Source of the DNA: Candidatus Tenderia sp.
Lineage (GTDB): Bacteria; Pseudomonadota; Gammaproteobacteria; Tenderiales; Tenderiaceae
Reading direction: 5' to 3'
NCBI GenBank assembly: GCA_031416075.1
Contig: JANOSY010000031.1
Location: forward strand, 72,912 to 136,911
DNA: 64,000 bases
The notes beneath the pieces were generated by a model. It searched no databases, was not told where the DNA came from, and was given only the letters and a program-made list of their open reading frames with translations. The translations under genes were made by a program, and so were the position numbers. Each line of letters begins with the position of its first letter. Position 1 is the first letter of the stretch. This document shows positions 44,505-52,522 of the stretch, in pieces.

Positions 44505-46372
44505 GGATGCTCCTTCTGTATATGTTGGGCCTCATCATAAATCTGCGCCACGGCAAACAGTGCCTGACTTCGATACGCTTCAACCTGAAATTTCACACCC
44601 GCCACGGCTGATTGTGCCAAGTGCTGCAAACGCGCCTCTGACGCCTGTGCCAGATTTTTTGTCTGTTGTTGCAGGCGTTCTGTCTGATGACGTCGTGCCT
44701 GCAACGTTTGGCGATAATGGTCAAAATTGCCGGGGCTCCGCTCAAGAACACTGTTCAACCGCTGCTGCTGGCCACGACTCTCAGCCAACCTCTCATCCAG
44801 CTGCTGTAGCTGCTGTTTTGCCCGCCATAAACGTGCCGGATACTCACTCTCCAGCTGCCAGAGTAGCCCTCCTTGCAGCACGGTGAGTTTACGCCGCTGC
44901 TTATCAATCTCTACGCGCCCCTCAAGCTGCTGCAACCGTTTTTCAACCTGGGTCAGTTGTACCCAGCGCTGCTGCTCTTCCGCTGTTGTCAGGTCCATGG
45001 CATCTTCCTGCGCCTCGATCCCCTGTAACCTCTGGGTGTGGGCATCACGTTGCTGCTGAAGTCTCTCCCCTTCGAGCTTGGCCAGCGCCTTCAAAATGGT
45101 TGGCAGGCGTCTTTCGTAGCCGGTTTGGCGCGTATCTACCATCGCCTCATAGGCCTCCAGATCATCCCGCCAGCGGGATAAGTTCGTCTCCAGATGGAGC
45201 AGATCACGATAGTTGCGTAACGCCTCCTGAAATTCATGGCCCGCCATCACGCGGTAGAGGTAAGGTGTCAATGTCGTCTCCGGGGTCAGCTCGGTACGCC
45301 AGTGCCAGCCTGTTTCAGCTGCGCCACGTGGGTCCACTAATTCGTGTGCCAGGGCGGTAAAATTCATGCCGGCAATAATTCCTTCCAGGGTTGTCAGCGC
45401 TTCGTTATAGTGCTCAATCGCTGTTTGATAATGATCCAGCGCCTGCTGTCGTGCGCCAAGTTGATTGAAGGTATAGGGTACCGCTAAAAGCCCCTCCAAT
45501 ACAGCGGGGTCTGAAACATTCCGTTCAATCAAAGGCAGCCAGATCGCCAACGCCTCTTTGCCGCGCCCCATGCCAGACTCTACCCATCCCAACCCCAACA
45601 GCGCCTGGCTGACAAACGGGCTGTTAAGCCGCACATGTTCAAACCAGCCCTTGGCTGCAACAAACTCTTTTTTTCGTAAGTGGCTGTACCCTAAAGCAAT
45701 TCTGCTTTTATCGTACAGCTCAGTACGTCCTGGCTCACCGCTATCACCCTGTTGCAGCAGCGCTGCCAGCAGGGGCCGGCCCTGCTCATCACGTCCCTCG
45801 CGGATATGGTGAAGTGCCAGATTGTATTGGGCAAAACCGCTATCCAGGGAGTTGGGCCGATAACTGGCCAACTGTGCCGCTGCTTCGGTATAGAGACCTC
45901 GCTGGGCCAGCAGGATACTGGTTAACTGCTGACGTTCATCCTCCTGCCCGGTTGGCAACTGGGTATCGAGCCGTTGTAACAGTTTTGCCGACTCAGTGTG
46001 GCTACCACTCTTGTAATGGATGTTTGCCAGCGCTAACCAGACACGGTTGCGCTGTGTTGGGGTGAGCTGGTTTTTAAGCAGTCGGCTAAAGATCGCTTCG
46101 GCATTTTTTTGCATGCCGTAGGAAAAATAGAGTCCCCCCAACAGCAGCTCCGCCTCAACCCCCTGATTAGGCAGACGCCCTACCTGTTGCGCGGCACTCA
46201 GCTGGATGATGGCGGAAAAGTAGTTCTGCTGATAAAAATCAAACAACACCTCTCCATAAAAGGGGTCTTTGACTACCGCTGGGAGCGCCTGCTCTGCCTT
46301 AACGGCAGCAGTCACCGCCATCAAACAGGGCAACAGGCAGAGCAAGACAGAACCTTTCACCCCTACTCCCAA
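44501..46372 (-). CDS. secreted TPR + coiled-coil protein (GltC-like)
   Basis: Signal peptide, YGEVLFDFYQQNYFSA, ALLGLGW, long Q/L-rich coiled coil. Confidence 0.75.
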   Translation of the reverse strand: MGVGVKGSVLLCLLPCLMAVTAAVKAEQALPAVVKDPFYGEVLFDFYQQNYFSAIIQLSAAQQVGRLPNQGVEAELLLGGLYFSYGMQKNAEAIFSRLLKNQLTPTQRNRVWLALANIHYKSGSHTESAKLLQRLDTQLPTGQEDERQQLTSILLAQRGLYTEAAAQLASYRPNSLDSGFAQYNLALHHIREGRDEQGRPLLAALLQQGDSGEPGRTELYDKSRIALGYSHLRKKEFVAAKGWFEHVRLNSPFVSQALLGLGWVESGMGRGKEALAIWLPLIERNVSDPAVLEGLLAVPYTFNQLGARQQALDHYQTAIEHYNEALTTLEGIIAGMNFTALAHELVDPRGAAETGWHWRTELTPETTLTPYLYRVMAGHEFQEALRNYRDLLHLETNLSRWRDDLEAYEAMVDTRQTGYERRLPTILKALAKLEGERLQQQRDAHTQRLQGIEAQEDAMDLTTAEEQQRWVQLTQVEKRLQQLEGRVEIDKQRRKLTVLQGGLLWQLESEYPARLWRAKQQLQQLDERLAESRGQQQRLNSVLERSPGNFDHYRQTLQARRHQTERLQQQTKNLAQASEARLQHLAQSAVAGVKFQVEAYRSQALFAVAQIYDEAQHIQKEHP

Positions 46373-46920
46373 CTGCTAATGGTAAATTCAGGCTGCTGTT
46401 TGGCTGCGGAGTCACTGATCCTAATCTCGATAAATTGAGGCTCCAGCCCCTTTTCAAAAAGATAGCTGGCGGCACGGCGATAGTCGCGGCCATTAGGACC
46501 CTTGCCGCTAAACAGGGCGACCAGCTCATGTTGGCCACTGCGCAGGTTTTCAATATGGAGCCGCTGCACACCGCCCTTGGCCAACGCGTTCACTTCACGT
46601 TCGGTATAGAGGTAGTGGGTCACCGATTTACCATCGATTTTCAACTCGACCGCGTCAAGCGCAAAAAAGAGCCCACTGTTCATGGCAAGAAAAATGGTGG
46701 TCTGGGTGGTGGCAGGAAAGAGTAGCTCCTCTTCCAGAATAAACAGTTCACGGTTGAGATCAAGCACCTCTTTTTTTAGATCCTCCACCTGCTCACTCAG
46801 GCCACCTGCTGCGGCTCTACTAACCTCCTCCGCCATCACTATCGACATACTCACAGGCAACAGCCAGAGCAAAAACAGCCCCGCCAACAACCGTTTTATT
46901 GCACCCTTCATCACATCCAT
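46363..46920 (-). CDS. secreted coiled-coil + beta-sandwich protein of unknown function
   Basis: Signal peptide, LKKEVLDLNRELFILEEELLFP, HYLYT.RE..AL..GGVQRL; no HTH. Confidence 0.75.
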   Translation of the reverse strand: MDVMKGAIKRLLAGLFLLWLLPVSMSIVMAEEVSRAAAGGLSEQVEDLKKEVLDLNRELFILEEELLFPATTQTTIFLAMNSGLFFALDAVELKIDGKSVTHYLYTEREVNALAKGGVQRLHIENLRSGQHELVALFSGKGPNGRDYRRAASYLFEKGLEPQFIEIRISDSAAKQQPEFTISSWE

Positions 46921-46930
46921 TCCTACAACC

Positions 46931-48523
46931 TTAAGACGGGGTTAGAATTTTGCCATTCACAATCGGTGTAAAGGCGGAGAGGCTGTCACGCATCGCCACA
47001 CCGCCCAAACCATGTTTCGGAAAGCGGGTGGCAAAGTTACCCTGCTCACCATGCAGTGCCATGTAGTTCAGGATGACTGTCTCCACTAGCAGATTGACAT
47101 TATTGGCCGCCGGCGTAGCCGATGTTTCGACCGATGCATCAGGGCGGAACCAGCCAATCTGTTGGTGGCGCGCCTGCTGTGTCACCGTATCGCCCATCAA
47201 AACCGGGCGTCCGGCGGGATTATATACCAGGAAAAACGAGCTGGCGGTATCCGAATTATCCCCGGTCCAGACACCTTTACCGCCCCCCTCTGCTGAGTTG
47301 TCCAACATACCGTTACTGAAAACCGAACCATCACTACAGACGTACAACATAAGTGGCACACCGATACGCGCCGCATATTCGAGGCAGGCACCGATACAGC
47401 GCCCAGCGCGCAGATCACGCACTTCCCCCGCTGCCCGGTCGCCCGTATGGTAGTCATAACCACCCAGTTCAATAGTCCCGGCCCCCGCATTACCATTGAT
47501 CACCAGCTTCATCACTGAAGCGGTTTTGCGGAACTCGCCGTTTTTCATCTCATCGACACTAAAGATAGGACCGACGATGTCAGGGTCAATCTCTGGATTC
47601 AACATCGCAGGATTACCGTAACGATCCACCAGATCCGCAGCCTTCACATATCCACAATCGATCAGATCCTTAATTACCGCATCAGCGGTGACCTGGGTAT
47701 TAACCTTTTTTAACTTCATGGAACTGATACGTTCGATGGACTCCAGTACCGCCACCGCATCCTCCTGGCTCAACAGTCCCACCAGTTTGCCGGTATCCAC
47801 CAGCCCCGTCACGTCGCTGGGGCGATCAATTTTGGTGGGGCGAACGGCAGGGTTCATCATGGTTGCCGGTGCCATGGAGTTGCCGCCCGAGTCGGAGTTG
47901 CGCGAACCGATCAGCGTCAGCAGCGCCCCATCGGCCCCGGCCCGGTTAATGCCATACATTGGATTGTGTGGATTGTTGCCCGTATCGTTTTCAGATCGGG
48001 CCGGGAGCACAGCGCCGTTAATTTTGGCGGCTGTTGCTGGTGAAACCTTCTCCAGTATGCCACGCAAAAACGCACTCTCAGAATGGAATGCCAACCCCAA
48101 GGTGGTGTTGGCAAAGGGGAGCCCTGTCGCCAGATTGGTCAACGACGGAATCATATCCCCCGGTAACCCCAATTTGCTGTAACCCGCCGTGGTCAGAAAA
48201 TCGAGCTGCCCGCCCTGTTTGCCTACCAGTACATTGGAACCGGCAATGTTGGCACCACCGGCCAGATCAAAACAGATAAACGGGATCTTGCCAGCCCCCT
48301 GGGTGGCGATACCACAACTGGTTTTAAGTGTCTGCAGGTCCGCCGACAGCGCCGCCCGCGCCTCACGTGGGTTGGCAAACAGCCCGAAAATTGTCGGCCC
48401 CACCACCAGACCAAGGCCGGAGGTAAGCCCGTAACCAAGAAAATCCCGCCGTGTTACGGGCCGTTGATGGTCCGCATGTAACAGCGGTGTATCGGGTGAA
48501 AGTGGAGTCTTTTGTCTGGTCAT
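46931..48523 (-). CDS. Tat-exported DUF1501-like protein
   Basis: Twin-arginine TRRDFL + hydrophobic segment + ARA; FDLAGGAN, GGYDYH, CSDG motifs. Confidence 0.7.
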   Translation of the reverse strand: MTRQKTPLSPDTPLLHADHQRPVTRRDFLGYGLTSGLGLVVGPTIFGLFANPREARAALSADLQTLKTSCGIATQGAGKIPFICFDLAGGANIAGSNVLVGKQGGQLDFLTTAGYSKLGLPGDMIPSLTNLATGLPFANTTLGLAFHSESAFLRGILEKVSPATAAKINGAVLPARSENDTGNNPHNPMYGINRAGADGALLTLIGSRNSDSGGNSMAPATMMNPAVRPTKIDRPSDVTGLVDTGKLVGLLSQEDAVAVLESIERISSMKLKKVNTQVTADAVIKDLIDCGYVKAADLVDRYGNPAMLNPEIDPDIVGPIFSVDEMKNGEFRKTASVMKLVINGNAGAGTIELGGYDYHTGDRAAGEVRDLRAGRCIGACLEYAARIGVPLMLYVCSDGSVFSNGMLDNSAEGGGKGVWTGDNSDTASSFFLVYNPAGRPVLMGDTVTQQARHQQIGWFRPDASVETSATPAANNVNLLVETVILNYMALHGEQGNFATRFPKHGLGGVAMRDSLSAFTPIVNGKILTPS

Positions 48524-48542
48524 GGTTATCTCTCAATCCCTG

Positions 48543-51062
48543 TCACTGCAACAGCATCACAGCGCTACCCAATGTGGCGGCACAGCTGGCCTTGACCACG
48601 GTCTGGGTACGATCAGCCGCACAGCTTCCACCACAAGCCGTCAGTCTGTCGATCAAACTGTTTAGCTCTGTTTTAACACTGGCCACACTTGGTTGGGTTG
48701 CCAGATTGATGCCCAGCACCCTATTCAACAGTGGGTCCAGCACTTGATCACGTTTAGCCATAGCATTAAAGGCGGTGACCGCCCCTGCCCCAAAGTCAAA
48801 ACCGGGGAAGTAACTGCTACGCAGCGGCGCATCACTTACCAATGCATTGCAATACTCAATGGCCAGCTGTGATACTGCCACCTGATGGGCGGCAAGAAAG
48901 CCGTTGATATTTTCCACCGTCGGCAGCTGCTGCATGATGGTTTGGTAGGTCTGTTTGACATCCGCATGGGTGAGACTCACCCCAGTCATCACCGCCATAG
49001 TGGCGTTGATCTCGGCAAACGTACGCAGGCCAATCTCTGGTTTTGGCGCAGCATCCACAGGGGCTGCTTGTTGCAGCGGCTGTGGCTCTACCACCACATT
49101 GCGGGCGCTGCCCAGCTGCTCAAAACTGAGGAAAAACTGATCAACCAGCGGTCCCTTCTCCAGCGCAATCACCGTACCTAACGTTGAGAGCCGTTGGGCA
49201 CGGGCATTAAACTGCTCGCTAGGCAATAACTGACTGTTGCTGACTGTTGTTTCAAGATGGCGATAGGCCTGCCCCACACTCGCCTCTTTGCCGTTGATGC
49301 CAATACGCATCGCCCGAATGGGTATGTCCGCCACCACACTGTCACCATTCAGGTTGATAAAGGTAGGGCGGTTAAACAGATAGCTGTAACTATCAAACTG
49401 GCTCACCTCAAACAGGATGTAACTCTGTGGTGCCTTCACTACATCACTCACATCAAACAGCAGGAAAAATTTCTCACCCACGCCCACATTAAAGTTACGC
49501 GATACCTGCTCTTGGGTCAGCGCTCGATTATGGATGGCCACCAACCGCAACTTGCCCTGCCACTGCCGATCATTGGTCACTTCGTTGCCCAACACCAGGG
49601 CAAAGGTATCATCCCAGTCATTCAGATTACCGGCTGCCTGGGCATCGATGTGATTAACAAGCAGACCGTTGACATAGATGCGGCGTCCATTCAGCGGATC
49701 AAAGCTGACCACCACATGCTGTTCAGTGGCCTGCAGCAGCTCATCAGCATCAGGGGTAGAAAAGGCTGGCTGCCCGTTACCGTTGGTGGTACTGCTACGG
49801 TGGAGAAAATTGTAATTGTAGAGCGTCTGCCCCAGGGTAAAGTTACGGCTATTGGTACCGGCAGAGTAGCTGATGATGCGCGCCGGTCCATCTTGCGTCA
49901 CGTTGGCCGGTACGACCCACGCCTCAATGGAGTACTCCCCCGTGGCACGAATAAAGTTGTGGAGTTTACGGCTGGCGCTAGTGCTGCCCTGCGCCTTGCT
50001 GTTAACAAACTCCACGCCCCAGCCACCGACCCACTTATAATCGACCTCCGCCAACCCCGAAAGCTGTAGATGCAGGGCAGGTTCAATACCGCTGGTATCG
50101 TATATATAGTCACCAAAGCCGGTCTTAAACTCGTACAACGCAATTACATTCTCATCATAACGGGTACCACCACTGGCAATAATGCCCTGCCCCAGGGTCA
50201 GCGCCTTGCTCACCACCAGCTGTGGATCAATCTGGGTCAGCGGCACACCATCAGCAAATGCTTTGATAGCATCTTCCATCTTTTGTGAGTCCTGCTGACA
50301 ATCACCACTCCAGCAGTTATGAAACTCATTCCGCAGGCGGACCACCAGCCGTGAATTGGCGGGGGTATCAAGATCCAGCTTGTGGCTACTCTTCACCGAC
50401 TCATAAGCAGTGGCCGCATCCGCCGCCGCAAAATAGGGCGCTTGTGGTACCGGCGCTGAGTTGATGTGGCAACCGCTGCAATAGGTCACTAACAACGGAT
50501 GAACTGTAGTGGCAAACAGGGCTGCGTTATCAGGAAAGGCCTTGCTGTCAGCCGCATTCATCACCGGTGGTGGTGTGAGCTGAATCTGCCGTCCAACACT
50601 ATCCCCACCCTTCCCAGCCCATTGGGTTATGTAAGCGGTCATGATTTCACCACACGCCTTGCTGCTCACCTCCCAGCAGTTATGGCCACCCGCCACCTTG
50701 GTGACCAGACGGGAATCCGCTGGCGAGTTGAGATTCAATAGTGTAATTGCCTGACTGTAGGCAAGGTTCACATCATCAGTACGGGCAAAGTTGGGGGACT
50801 GTTTGCTTTCACCACTGCCGTGGCAATTGCCACATTTATTGACCAGCTCTGGCCAAAGGGTGGTCTGAAAAGTACGGGTTGCCTCCGCTTGAGCCTGCGG
50901 GCCTTGATAGTTTTGAACACCTGTAGAGTTTGTCTGCGGTGTCGCACCAGGCACAGCCTGTGTCGAAACGCTATCACAACCACTGACTCCAACCAGAAAC
51001 ATCAACATCAACACCGCGCTGATGAGCCGATGAATATCAACCATAATCACCCTCACCATCAC
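48543..51062 (-). CDS. lipoprotein with two c-type haem domains and a LamG/concanavalin-like domain
   Basis: Lipobox VSGC; CGNCH and CSGCH; YSIEAWV, HVVVSFD, RIYVNG, LVAIHNRALT. Confidence 0.85.
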   Translation of the reverse strand: MMVRVIMVDIHRLISAVLMLMFLVGVSGCDSVSTQAVPGATPQTNSTGVQNYQGPQAQAEATRTFQTTLWPELVNKCGNCHGSGESKQSPNFARTDDVNLAYSQAITLLNLNSPADSRLVTKVAGGHNCWEVSSKACGEIMTAYITQWAGKGGDSVGRQIQLTPPPVMNAADSKAFPDNAALFATTVHPLLVTYCSGCHINSAPVPQAPYFAAADAATAYESVKSSHKLDLDTPANSRLVVRLRNEFHNCWSGDCQQDSQKMEDAIKAFADGVPLTQIDPQLVVSKALTLGQGIIASGGTRYDENVIALYEFKTGFGDYIYDTSGIEPALHLQLSGLAEVDYKWVGGWGVEFVNSKAQGSTSASRKLHNFIRATGEYSIEAWVVPANVTQDGPARIISYSAGTNSRNFTLGQTLYNYNFLHRSSTTNGNGQPAFSTPDADELLQATEQHVVVSFDPLNGRRIYVNGLLVNHIDAQAAGNLNDWDDTFALVLGNEVTNDRQWQGKLRLVAIHNRALTQEQVSRNFNVGVGEKFFLLFDVSDVVKAPQSYILFEVSQFDSYSYLFNRPTFINLNGDSVVADIPIRAMRIGINGKEASVGQAYRHLETTVSNSQLLPSEQFNARAQRLSTLGTVIALEKGPLVDQFFLSFEQLGSARNVVVEPQPLQQAAPVDAAPKPEIGLRTFAEINATMAVMTGVSLTHADVKQTYQTIMQQLPTVENINGFLAAHQVAVSQLAIEYCNALVSDAPLRSSYFPGFDFGAGAVTAFNAMAKRDQVLDPLLNRVLGINLATQPSVASVKTELNSLIDRLTACGGSCAADRTQTVVKASCAATLGSAVMLLQ

Positions 51063-52288
51063 TCCCCCTTACAGTAGACAGCAGTATCGGAAAATACCTG
51101 CTTGAGGTTGTAATTACTGCCCTTGAAATTGGCGATAATGGTATCGACTATGCTGCGATCAGCACTGTTACCCGGTTCACGAAAGCAGACTGTTGCAAAG
51201 ACCTTTTTTACCTGACAGCGGGCAAAGGCCTCACTGTTGGCCAACTCCATCCCCAACGACTTGGCACCAGTGCCAGAGGCAGGCAACGATAACTGCTGAG
51301 TGTCCCAACCCAACCTTGCATTGGGGCCATGACGCCAATAGTTGTGCCAGCCATCATCTGCTGTGACATACCCCGGTTTGAAATTACTGGCATTGATCAG
51401 ATTTTTAGCCTGCACACGACTCCCCGTTTTAGGGTCAACCGTGCCCACACCGTTGTAGACCAGTTTGCCATTGGCGGCATCGGGGTCGATCTCAACGTTG
51501 TAATCGTAATTATAATAGGCAAACGCTTGAGTCATGGGGTCCATGCCCGCATGGCAACCGACACAGGCGTTAAGATAGATCCGGCTATCACCGCCCGGAC
51601 TGCGCGACACATCCTGGCGCACACGATCGGGCGAACGTGTCACATCTTTGACCTGTTCCATGTCATTACAGAGATGGTTCATAAACGTAAAGCGGAACAT
51701 GGCCCGATTAGTACCGTCAATAAAAAAAGCCTTGGCCGCCGCGCGACTGGTCATAACACCCGCCGTGGCGGCAACAGGCAGGCCGGTGACGACAGATTGT
51801 GTGGTTCGGACCAGCCCACTCTTAAGATCAAGACCACGATCATCCAATGCCTCGTAGTGGGCATTACTGGTATTGGCGTACGCTGGCAGCGTGAGTGTAT
51901 TTTTGCCCACATAAAGAATGTCGTCATACAGAATGCGGCGGAAATCAAGCTCATCACGCACCACCCCAATCACCGTGGCGGTATAATCATTCAGTGGTGC
52001 AAAGAGTGTTTGCGCCTCATTAGTCCACGGGGTGACAAAATTTTTCAACGTCACATTGTAGAAAGAGGGGTGCTCAAGTGCGCGTTGGGCCGCCTTGTTG
52101 TAATCACCTGCTGCAATAAATCCCGCCATTGCATCAAGCGTAGCGGCATCGGCAGGCACGCCGGCAACACGGTCATGAATCCGCTTGGCCTGCTCCCTCG
52201 GCCCTGCCTCAACCACTGCAACGGCGACCAGTAATGCACAAAATAGAGATGCACGAAATGACAGATTCAACACTTTTTTGCAACCCAT
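51059..52288 (-). CDS. secreted monohaem cytochrome c protein (DUF1588/DUF1585-like)
   Basis: Signal peptide, AGVMTSRA, TNRA, CVGCHAGMDP, FARCQVKKVF. Confidence 0.75.
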   Translation of the reverse strand: MGCKKVLNLSFRASLFCALLVAVAVVEAGPREQAKRIHDRVAGVPADAATLDAMAGFIAAGDYNKAAQRALEHPSFYNVTLKNFVTPWTNEAQTLFAPLNDYTATVIGVVRDELDFRRILYDDILYVGKNTLTLPAYANTSNAHYEALDDRGLDLKSGLVRTTQSVVTGLPVAATAGVMTSRAAAKAFFIDGTNRAMFRFTFMNHLCNDMEQVKDVTRSPDRVRQDVSRSPGGDSRIYLNACVGCHAGMDPMTQAFAYYNYDYNVEIDPDAANGKLVYNGVGTVDPKTGSRVQAKNLINASNFKPGYVTADDGWHNYWRHGPNARLGWDTQQLSLPASGTGAKSLGMELANSEAFARCQVKKVFATVCFREPGNSADRSIVDTIIANFKGSNYNLKQVFSDTAVYCKGE

Positions 52289-52522
52289 AATATTTTAATA
52301 GCAACCATTCTAACGCCCCTCCAGCGCCGCCCATTCTATAACATGGATGGGCCACTGGGATAATTATTCATCCCCTTGAATACATCACAAAACACTTATA
52401 TTCCATGATTGTACGTGACAAAAGATTTTATATTTTTACCATCGCAAGATAGCAATACTTTATAATCACTCTCAATAAAAAAATTAAGTGTCTCTGTTCC
52501 GCGACACACCAGAGTTGAAGGC
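52289..52522. promoter_or_regulatory. AT-rich divergent promoter region of the envelope locus
   Basis: 234-bp AT-rich gap between divergent operons, with TATAAC and TATAAT hexamers. Confidence 0.5.

Noticed and set aside
40797-46372. Claim that the organism performs Myxococcus-type gliding
   Set aside because: Motor and cytoplasmic platform genes are absent, and TPR similarity alone does not imply motility
46363-48523. AraC regulator and type II secretion GspF labels that similar proteins may receive
   Set aside because: No HTH in the first protein, which has a signal peptide; the second has a Tat signal and lacks the multi-TM GspF topology
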